Below are positions 1 to 9,879 of a stretch of DNA of 62,000 nucleotides, one piece after another. The notes under the pieces were generated by a model. The model was not told where the DNA came from, did no database searches, and worked only from the letters and a program-made list of their open reading frames with translations. This DNA comes from Octopus vulgaris (Eukaryota): contig OX597815.1 in assembly GCA_951406725.2 (NCBI GenBank), forward strand, positions 35,608,001-35,670,000, in the 5' to 3' direction. Every line of letters begins with the position of its first letter. Within the stretch, counting starts at the first letter, position 1. The position numbers and the translations under genes are program-made.

Positions 1-94
1 TTTTATATATTCCTCACGAAAGTTTGCCAACCATCTATTTATTTGTATATAGATATTTAGATGAACTTGCTAGTGAGATGAACCATATGTTAAT

Positions 95-575
95 CTAGGT
101 AAGATGTTTTCCATTCGTTCCGAAGAAGTTCTTACGTTTGCTCGGACATCTCCAGATGTGTTGCCACCAGCATACATAATAGATGACATGTCACACGATT
201 TATAGATTCTTGTTTTAATCTCTAGTTTGAAACTGTTAATCCCAATCTTTAATGGTTTTCCTATCCATACCAGCGACTGCTTTGATTCTTACGAGGTGAA
301 ATAAATATCGAAGATGCTTATAGTACCACGAAGAAACTACAGGAGCTACTCGGAAGGTTTGGAAGCTCTTCTCTTAAATCCATTGCCATGTTGGAAACCC
401 TTCTGTATCATCAGCACGTATATCAGGGTCACAACCATTTCGCTTGTACACTTCGCATGAGTTAGACAGCGAGAACTAAGTTAGACGTCGCCTGTGGAAG
501 GGTTCTACCCGCGGTCTCTTGAGCTGGTTTCAGCTGTCATGACTATCTCCTTGGTGTTAACGATTTTGTCATATA
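95..575 (-). pseudogene. Highly decayed RTE-like LINE fragment (C-terminal RT region)
   Basis: Manual minus-strand translation gives VNTKEIVM...EMVVTLIYV...FKRRASKPS...KLEIKTRIYKSC..SSIMYA with stops. This resembles the RTE motifs INTKKTEVM / VVDxFxYLGS / TKLRIYxSCVLSxLLYG. Confidence 0.45.
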
Positions 576-760
576 TTTTGGTAGACATATTTATCGATGG
601 CGGTAAAACGTAGTAAAAACTGTTTCAGTATACAAAAGGAAGGGAAAGTACTCAATACATGCTGTAGAGTAGGTTCCCAGATGATTATTTCGCTCCGACT
701 ATACCCTAGTCAGCATATCTCGCAACGTGCAATATTAAACAAAACAAAACTGTGTACGCG

Positions 761-796
<36 letters not shown>

Positions 797-1621
797 CTCT
801 TGCTCTCTCTCTCTCTCTCTCTCCCTCCAAGCTTCCATACATAATTACGTACATGTCTACCTACATACATATGATCATACATCCGTATGTACATACACAT
901 TTATGATACTAATAAATTGATATAAAAGTAGACACATACACACATTCATGCACTCACTCACATGATTGCTCATATCCGTAAAATACACATCGTTTAAAAA
1001 CTTAGATAAGGAAATTTTGACCTCCCAATTACATATATACACATATACATTCAACACTCTTAACTATTTCATACATGACATACAGGCATACATACCCCAC
1101 ACACACACACTCACATAGCGTGCACGCATACACAGATTCTGGATTCCATAATTGCTCTCTGTCTGTCGCATAGATATCTACCATGAAACCAGTTCCAATA
1201 TGGCGAGGTTAAGCATTAGCCATTAGCGTTTAAGCTACCGTGTAGACAATCTTGTTTACATCTTAATGAATAATTTTCTGTTATTGTTGCGCGTCATCTT
1301 GGCAGGAAGAGGCGAACGACCTTCGATGAGTTGTTAAAAAGCAAAGAAATTGATTAGTTGCATTTTGATCCCAAGCTGCCGGAAGTCTCTCGAAAGGTCT
1401 AATTTATAATGGAACTAAATACATTAGAGTATAAGACTACATATTTATTTACTATTTAGAAATATAATCACTGCCAGGCTTCCATATGAAAGAAGCCTTG
1501 CAGTGATTATACGTAAGCGCTGCTTCCGCTCACACACACATACACACGCATACATTCACACGGTGACTGAGATTAACAGTTAATAGGCTGATTATTTTTG
1601 TTTGATTTGTATATTGTATCT

Positions 1622-1847
1622 CTTTTATCTTTTTATTTGTTTCAGTCGTTAAACTGCGGCCATGCTGGGGCACCGCCTTGGAAAATTTTGAGAACAATGA
1701 ATCGATCCCAGTACTTATATCTGATTTTATTTTAAGCTTGGTTCTTATTCTATCAGTCATTTTGCCGAACTGCTAGATTACGGGACGTAAACACACCAAC
1801 ACTGGTTGTCAAGCGACAGGGGAGATAAACACAGATACGCGCGCGCG

Positions 1848-1886
<39 letters not shown>

Positions 1887-1986
1887 ATATATACATATAC
1901 AACAGGACTGTTTAAATTTTCGTCTCCCAATTTCACTTAGAAACCCGGAACCATTTGGCTGGGAAGTAAACTTCTTATCACACAGC
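1622..1986 (-). mobile_element. SINE family B, degenerate copy with internal (CA)n
   Basis: Contains tttcagtc..gcggccatgctggggcaccgcc, gccgaactgctag..acgtaaacacacc and aacccggaaccat..gggaagtaaacttcttatcacacagc. These match the reverse complement of the full copy at 41708-42118. Confidence 0.75.
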
Positions 1987-2152
1987 TTGTGTTTATTTTA
2001 GCAGAATACTTTGTTATAATTATTGCTGGCATCACTAATCGTTTATTCTAAATTGATGCATTTGGGATTTGAAAACAAAAAGGTATTAATTTCATACTCG
2101 AGAGAACTATCATGGGTATGGAACCGCCTTATGAGTGTGAGCACATACCTTC

Positions 2153-2224
2153 GCCATTAGAGTCTGACGAGTCAGCCGTAGGGCTGAGCCTTTATATATA
2201 CGAAACCATTGGTCACGCTATGGC
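2153..2224 (+). ncRNA. Type I hammerhead-ribozyme-like fold with a 13-nt insertion in stem II
   Basis: Stem I gccattagagt / acgctatggc; core CTGACGA (2164-2170); stem II gtcagcc-gtag-ggctga; inserted gcctttatatata; CGAAA; stem III c-c-att-g-g; GTC cleavage triplet (2212-2214). Confidence 0.55.
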
Positions 2225-2292
2225 CGGATATATACTTAATTGCATATAAATAAATTACTGTTCTATGCTTTAGAGTGTGCCTATTTTTCGGA

Positions 2293-2329
<37 letters not shown>

Positions 2330-2360
2330 ATATATATATATATATATTATACACTGGCGG

Positions 2361-2409
<49 letters not shown>

Positions 2410-2539
2410 CTCTCTCATGCACCAAATAGCAGTTGCTAAAAAGCCTCCATGAAGTGAAACCAAGTAGCAACACCAAATGGCGGTGCCCCAGCATGGCCAC
2501 AGCTCATAAGCTGAAACTAGAATCAATCAATCAATCAAT

Positions 2540-2608
<69 letters not shown>

Positions 2609-2612
<4 letters not shown>

Positions 2613-2979
2613 GTGAAGGGAAGAAGTGGAGCCGAACGAAGATTCTACAAAATTCCTTTTTATTATTTTCTACACATGTTTCAAAGGCTGCAAATTCCCA
2701 AATTCGGATTGTATAAGGAGACCATTCTGCAGCTTTCTCTTCAAGAAAATCCAGGTGCCATTTTTACCATGGGCTCCTAGGGAGCGTTTTGTTCGAAAAG
2801 CTTGCTGCGCATTTGTTTTGAGATTTTAAATTCCTGGATTTTCCTGAAGAGAATGCTGCAGAATGGTCTCCTTATTCAATCCGAATTTGGGAATTTGCAG
2901 CCTTTGAAACATGTGTAGAAAATAATAAAAAGGAATTTTGTAGAATCTTCGTTCGGCTCCATTTCTTCCCTTCACTAAA
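2609..2979. mobile_element. Foldback MITE with ~147-bp near-perfect TIRs in a TA context
   Basis: 2609-2755 (tttagtgaagggaagaa...gaaaatccagg) is the near-exact reverse complement of 2833-2979. The spacer is ~77 bp and both ends abut TA. Confidence 0.85.
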
Positions 2980-3131
2980 TATATAAAACTTCAATTATCC
3001 GCGCTAAAGCACGGGGGCGAAACCCCATGGTCGTAACCTCAACCGTGTCTTTTCTGGTGTGATTTTTGCTACACAGGTATCGGTTAAATTTTGAATAATC
3101 CATAACAAGATAATTCATTTATCCATTTCAT

Positions 3132-3187
<56 letters not shown>

Positions 3188-3895
3188 ATTATATATGTTT
3201 TGGGCATTATTGGCTCAGACTTTGACTAATTTAATACAATCGATTAAGTAAATATCCTAGTAAATAGTTGTTGTTGACTAAGATATATTCAGGTATACGT
3301 AGTTTGTCCAGATATCGTTTGAAAGTTATGAGATCTTTATATTTGACTTTGTTTTCGAGGGAGGGGGAAAACGAATGCATCGACCCCAGTACTCAACTGG
3401 TGCTTATTTTATCGACGCCGAAACGATAAAGATTGTTACCGCTAAGCATTTCGCCCGGCGTGCTATAAGGAGACCATTCTGCAGCTTTCTCTTCAAGAAA
3501 ATCCAGGTGCCATTTTTACCATGGGCTCTAGACCCCGAAAGGATGGAGCGTTTTGTTCGAAAAGCTTGCTGCGCATTTGTTTTGAGATTTTAAATTCCTG
3601 GATTTTCCTGAAGAGAATGCTGCAGAATGGTCTCCTTATTCAATCCGAATTTGGGAATTTGCAGCCTTTGAAACATGTGTAGAAAATAATAAAAAGGAAT
3701 TTTGTAGAATCTTCGTTCGGCTCCATTTCTTCCCTTCACTAAATATATAAAACTTCAATTATCCGCGCTAAAGCACGGGGGCGAAACCCCATGGTCGTAA
3801 CCTCAACCGTGTCTTTTCTGGTGTGATTTTTGCTACACAGGTATCGGTTAAATTTTGAATAATCCATAACAAGATAATTCATTTATCCATTTCAT

Positions 3896-3951
<56 letters not shown>

Positions 3952-4199
3952 ATTATATATGTTTATGTTTGGCATTATTGGCTCAGACTTTGACTAATTT
4001 AATACAATCGATTAAGTAAATATCCTAGTAAATAGTTGTTGTTGACTAAGATATATTCAGGTATACGTAGTTTGTCCAGATATCGTTTGAAAGTTATGAG
4101 ATCTTTATATTTGACTTTGTTTTCGAGGGAGGGGGAAAACGAATGCATCGACCCCAGTACTCAACTGGTGCTTATTTTATCGACGCCGAAACGATAAAG
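2712..4199 (+). repeat. Near-identical ~730-bp tandem duplication (2712-3432 and 3464-4199)
   Basis: Both units start tataaggagaccattctgc and end tttatcgacgccgaaacgataaag. They differ mainly in (TA)n length, one small indel and a short insertion in the MITE spacer. Confidence 0.9.
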
Positions 4200-4303
4200 G
4201 ACAAAGTCGACCTCGGCGGAATTTGAACTCAGAACGTGACGAGGGACGAAATACCGCTAAGCATTTCGCCCGGCGTGCTAACGATTCTACCAGCTCGTTG
4301 CCT
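4145..4303 (-). mobile_element. SINE family A (tRNA-derived), older copy
   Basis: Reverse complement has an A-box-like tggtagaatcgttagc, a B-box gagttcaaattcc and the shared core gtcgactttg..tttcgg..gtcgataaaataag. Confidence 0.85.
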
Positions 4304-4319
4304 TGTTTCCGAATAACAT

Positions 4320-4898
4320 TCTTTTCTATTCTAGGTACATGGCCCGAATTTCTGGGTATGGAGGCCAGTCGATTAGATCGATCCAGTATGCAACTGGTAC
4401 TTAATTTATCGACCCCGAAAGGATGAAAAGCAAAGTCGATCTCGGCGGGATTTGAACTCAGAACGTAAAGACAGACGAAATACCTATTCCTTTACTACCC
4501 ACAAGGGGCTACACACAGAGGGGACAAACAAGGACAGACAAACGGATTAAGTCGATTACATCAACCCCAGTGCGTAGCTGGTACTTAATTTAACGACCCC
4601 GAAAGGATGAAAAGCAAAGTCGATCTCGGCGGAATTTGAACTCAGAACGTAAAGACAGACGAAATACCTATTTCTTTATTACCCACAAGGGGCTAAACAC
4701 AGAGGGGACAAACAAGGACAGACATAGGTATTAAGTCAATAACATCGACCCCGGTGCGTAACTGGTACTTAATTTATCGACCCCGAAAGGATGAAAGGCA
4801 AAGTCGACCTCGGCGGAATTTGAACTCACAACGTAACGCAGACAAAATACCGCTAAGCATTTCGCCCGGCGTGCTAAAGTGTCTGCCAGCTCGCTGCT
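4320..4898 (-). mobile_element. SINE family A stacked array: one head, two young-tail units, one old-tail unit
   Basis: Head at ~4860-4898. Tail-to-internal junctions gacgaaatacctatt at 4474-4490 and 4658-4674. The last unit has a different tail (ggccatgtacctagaatagaaaag). Confidence 0.9.
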
Positions 4899-5040
4899 TT
4901 GTTTCTGAGTAATATTAAGAAGGGAATAAAAACGCATGGCCTGTTGAGGAAAAGTAATTGTGTTGCAATGCGATTATGTTTGGTGAACCTGGATTGCGTA
5001 TAGAGGAGAATCCGAGCCTTTCCTGACCATTTGTGTAGAC

Positions 5041-5274
5041 CAGTGGTTCTTATATATATAAGATTTTATTGTTCGAATTTATGTGCAATGAATTGTTTAT
5101 ACTTCTACAATACGCAAGATACTGTAATTTTGGTGGGACAGTTCCTAATAATATTTAATTTATAAAAATACAGTTAGATAATTTTTTTATATACAGTAAA
5201 TAACTATGGAGGTCCAGTAAAGTTAATAAAGGAATCACAGGGGTCCATAGGCAAAATATGGTTGAAAAACACTG
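5041..5274. mobile_element. hAT-type MITE
   Basis: Termini cagtggttct... and ...ggttgaaaaacactg, subterminal ggggtccat. The 8-bp flanks gtgtagac / ctgcagat resemble a decayed NTCTAGAN TSD. Confidence 0.6.
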
Positions 5275-5384
5275 CTGCAGATAGTCAACGGCCGATGAGT
5301 TTGACGTGGCTATAAGTTCTTAGGACTCTACCCAGATACATACATACATGCATACATACATACACACGTACGTACGTACGTAGT

Positions 5385-5640
5385 GAATAGCTTCCTAGAT
5401 TCTTAGTCAAGATTCGAACCCCTACGAGGTCCTTCCTATTCTTCTCGGCACTTGCGCTAATTTTTCGTTTCTTAGCTGCCTTGACCTAAGTTTGACTTGA
5501 ATGGTTAATGAAAGAAGAGAAACTAATATGTATGTGGCAGTAGACTCTCAAAAACTCGTTCTTGAAGAAAAAATGCCGAGAATAATAGAAAAGAATTCGT
5601 AGAAAAATCTAGACTGAGTTTCGAATCTAGGAAGCTATTC
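5385..5640. mobile_element. 256-bp MITE-like element with perfect 18-bp TIRs
   Basis: gaatagcttcctagattc (5385-5402) and gaatctaggaagctattc (5623-5640). No TSD recognised, superfamily unassigned. Confidence 0.65.
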
Positions 5641-5817
5641 GAGGTTGGTAGGTAGTGTAATCTTTGTTTTTAATGTTCGGTAATAATAAAAACAATTTTA
5701 CTGTAATCTTATGGGTTACTATATACATTTGTAGAGTACAAATTTATTATTCTTATACAAGAATGTTGTTGACAGTGACTTCGAAGTTTCGGCCAGCTAA
5801 GCAATCGTCGAACTGCA

Positions 5818-5900
<83 letters not shown>

Positions 5901-6411
5901 TGTATGTATGTATGTATGTATGTATGTATGTATGTATGTATGGATGGATGGATGGATGTATGTATGTATGTATGTATTATTATTTTTTTTAAGAAAAAAG
6001 ATAGAGTAGGAGTGTGCGATTGTTAATGAGCACATTACATGTGCTCAGTGGTGGACAACATTGACATAAGTACAATCCACTGCGTTAAGGGTGTATTGCA
6101 TTCCTGAGTTTGCCGCAGGGCGAAATCGTGTAATGAGGAATTAATTTTCTCATTGATTTTACAAACGGTTTTGAAAAAAGAAGAAAAGCTTCAGAACCTC
6201 TTTTAATTATGAAAATATTTTCAAGATGTAGATAGTACAATATATTTATATAAAAACATTTGAAAATAAATACATTAGAGACTAGGCATGACTCATAATA
6301 TTCTAAAGGGGTACGTTTTTACTTCGAAAGATGTTGACTAAAGTGTGAGGATGCGGGACACTATCTTCTTCCGTACAGTTTAATCATCATTAATATCTAG
6401 TTGATTAGTAA

Positions 6412-6632
6412 GGTGGCGAGCTGGCAAAATCGTTAGCACGCCGGATAAAATGCTTAGCGGCATTTCATTCATCCTTACGTTCTGAGTTCAAATTCCCCCG
6501 AGGTTGACTTGCCTTTTATCCTTTCGAACTCGATAAAATAAGTACCAGTTGAGCACTGGGGTCGGTGTAAATCGACTTCTCAACTCCTCCAAAATTGCTG
6601 GCCTTATGCCAAAATTTAAAATCAATATTTAG
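6412..6632 (+). mobile_element. SINE family A, older-tail copy
   Basis: ggtggcgagctggcaaaatcgttagcacgccgg...gagttcaaattcc...aaattgctggccttatgcc. Confidence 0.85.
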
Positions 6633-6779
6633 ATAGGGCGTGAAGAACTTATCCATAGTTGTTTGATATTTATGGTGCATCATCCTCAATGGTGGAACTA
6701 TCCACTTTGTAGACACCACATATAATCTTTTTTTCCTTCCCGATTGCGGTCGTTATCAGCAAAAACTTAAATGCCCTCT

Positions 6780-8032
6780 GGTGCTACTATAGTGTGATAT
6801 CTACCTTACTATTTGTGATCTACCGTAAATGGCAATGCACTCTACCAAACAACCCACTTACGGCCTTCAGCAATTAATTCTAAGCTATTTAGTTGTTCAC
6901 ACTAGCACCATGCTGGCCAGAGACTTTTACTCAAGTGATGATGAAACGGTGTCTTTTTTTGAGAGAGCACAATCTTATTGACCAGGTAGGAAATGTGTCT
7001 CCTTGTCATAAATGCGGGACACAAATGAAAAAAAAAAAAGAAAGAGGATTAGAACCGGAGAATTCTGGCCAATATTGAGATGTCCAAATAAAAGGCGCCA
7101 AGCTCAGTTCGGGAAGGAAATCAGTTTTTGCACTATACCGTCTTAAATGGGAAGATGAATAGCAGATTGAATGTGTTAAAATTTTAGAATTATTGTCCTA
7201 TTTTATTCACGAAATCCTGATGAGTACTTTACTGGAAAGTTGCCTACTACTATTACAGACTGGTTTAATATGTGTCGTGAAGTTTGTAGCGTGATAATAT
7301 CACACCAAACGAGGAGTGAAATGATTGGTACACAGGAAAATCCTATACAGATCGACGAGGCATGGTTTGCTGGTTGTTGTAAATATAACTGTGGTCGTAT
7401 GTTGACTGGTGATCAACCTCCGAACTCAAAGGAATCTGATGACGAACTTAGAAGAACCATGGGGCATAAATGGCCCCTGAGTTTTTGGTCTGTAAAATGG
7501 GCTTGATTGTCGGTACTTTTATGTTCAACGAAGAGATAGGGTCACTTTGATTCCTATCATAGAACGTGAATGTAAGCTTAGCTCTATGAGTAGCCGTCCT
7601 ACCGTTGCTTAAAGAATATCGGCTATCAGCACAAAACCGTCAATCATCAAGTGTATTATATGGACCCGACATCAGGACCTCACATACAAGCTTTTGAGCG
7701 ATCGTGGCTTGAGGCCAAGATTGAAATATTCAAGAAAAAAAAGAAGCGTACCTACTCAACATTTTCAATCACTTTCGGATCATTATTGTTGGAAAATACT
7801 TAGGAAGAACGATGACCTGTTTACTGCTTTTTTTTAATGATATCAGATCAGTTAACAAACACTAAAATCAATATCTGATGATTTAAAAAAAATTATATAT
7901 AATGTGTTACTGATTTTGAATAAATTTTACACAAGCTGTTTGTTATACTCCTTTCTTCTTCTAGTATAAATGTTTAATGATTTTTAACATATTTCACATT
8001 ACCAACATTTGGTAGATATCATATCATGGTAG
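6780..8032 (+). mobile_element. Merlin (IS1595/ISXO2-like) DNA transposon with decayed transposase
   Basis: ORF 7240-7506 has IGTQENPIQIDEA..AG..KYN.GR. Manual continuation gives RDRVTLIPIIEREC...GYQHKTVNHQ..MDPTSGPHIQAFERSW. Imperfect TIRs: ggtgctactatagtgtgatatctacc (6780-6805) and ggtagatatcatatcatggtag (8011-8032). The GGTGC start fits Merlin GGNRM. Confidence 0.85.
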
Positions 8033-8039
8033 AAAATTA

Positions 8040-9164
8040 ATGGCGCGCTTAAAGTAGAATTTCGCCGACTTAGGATCTTACCACACTTGTGTGTTACTGA
8101 AATGTTTAACAAAATACTTAACTATTTAACATAGTGAGATGAATATTAGATGACTCACTAAAACCTTCATATAAATGAATAATTTTGACGTCAGTTTCCT
8201 ATCAGGGAACACATTTCAGTTGATCGTCAACAACGTCTCTCTTCTGTCTGCCATCCCTTCTCTCTTTTATGTGTGTGTTTGACATAAATACAGAAACGAA
8301 TACCTCACTAAACTAGAACATCAAAAGTCATGATTCTCACGATCCTCCAGTAAATTTCCCATAATTTTATAGGTTCCGAAATACCGCCAGAAAAACTAGC
8401 TGTGATAATAGGCCATCGATGTACACAGTCGTAAAGGTGCTTGACCTCTGCTTAGGATATTGCATTCATGATCACAAAATCTTGATTTCGATTCTACCAA
8501 CTTCACTTAAATTGATTGCAAAGAATATTACAAACGTTTTGGCATTTATAGAGGAAGGTGGGTGCTACTATTGTATATCCAACATCCATTATGTAGATAT
8601 ACTATAGTAGAAAATGGATGTTGGATATACAATAGTAGCACCCACCTTCCTCTACAAGTGCCAAAACGTTTGTAATATTCTTTGCAATCAATTTAAGTGA
8701 AGTTGGTAGAATCGAAATCAAGATTTTGTGATCATGAATGCAATATCCTAAGCAGAGGTCAAGCACCTTCACGAGTGTGTACATCGATGGCCTATTATCG
8801 CAGCTAGTTTTTCTGGCGGTATTTCGAAACCTATAAAATTATGGGAAATTTACTGGAGGATCGTGAGAATCATGACTTTTGATGTTCTAGTTTAGTGAGG
8901 TATTCGTTTCTGTATTTATGTCAAACACACACATAAAAGAGAGAAGGGATGGCAGACAGAAGAGAGACGTTGTTGACGATCAACTGAAATGTGTTCACTG
9001 ATAGGAAACTGACGTCAAAATTTATTCATTTATATGAAGGTTTTAGTGAGTCATCTAATATTCATCTCACTATGTTAAATAGTTAAGTATTTTGTTAAAC
9101 ATTTCAGTAACACACAAGTGTGGTAAGATCCTAAGTCGGCGAAATTCTACTTTAAGCGCGCCAT
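8040..9164. repeat. 1.12-kb palindrome with ~550-bp arms and a 22-bp centre
   Basis: 8040-8590 is the reverse complement of 8613-9164, with ~8 differences counted by eye. ORFs 8419-8607(+) and 8602-8784(-) are mirror images of each other. Confidence 0.97.
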
Positions 9165-9249
9165 ATAAGCCCGCATAATTTTTTAATTCTTGGTTTCAGA
9201 AAACTTGTGTACTCAGAATTTGTGTACTCCACACGGGAATTCACACAAC

Positions 9250-9826
9250 TATATATGAATATAAGTATACATATATATATATATATATATACATACACAT
9301 ATATATATATACACACGCGTATATTCACACATATATGTATACACACACGCACACACATATATATACACAAACAAACACACATATATATACACATATATAT
9401 ACATATATATACACATATATATATACATATATATATATACACATATATATACACATGTATATATACACATATATATATACATATATATACACATATATAA
9501 ACATATATACATATATATACATATATATACACACACATAAATATATATACACATACATATATATATATACATACATATATATATATATATATATACATAC
9601 ATACATATATATATACACATACATATATATATATATATACATATATACATATATACATATATACACATACATATATATATAAACATATATACACATACAT
9701 ATATATACACACACACATATATATACATATATATATACACATATATCTATACATATATCTATATATGTATGTATATATATACATATATATATAAATACAT
9801 ACATATATATACACATTTATACATAC

Positions 9827-9858
<32 letters not shown>
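9250..9858. repeat. Compound degenerate (TA)n/(TACA)n microsatellite
   Basis: Low-complexity tract that produces the YI/CV/HT ORFs on both strands. Confidence 0.95.
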
Positions 9859-9879
9859 TGATGTGAATAAACTTTAAAT

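Noticed and set aside
3001-3035. gggggcgaaacccc hairpin as a terminator or Helitron end
   Set aside because: No U-tract and no CTRR terminus follows, so it is too short to assign.
8419-8784. Two nearly identical 60-aa ORFs on opposite strands
   Set aside because: They are mirror images produced by the palindrome, with no recognisable protein family.
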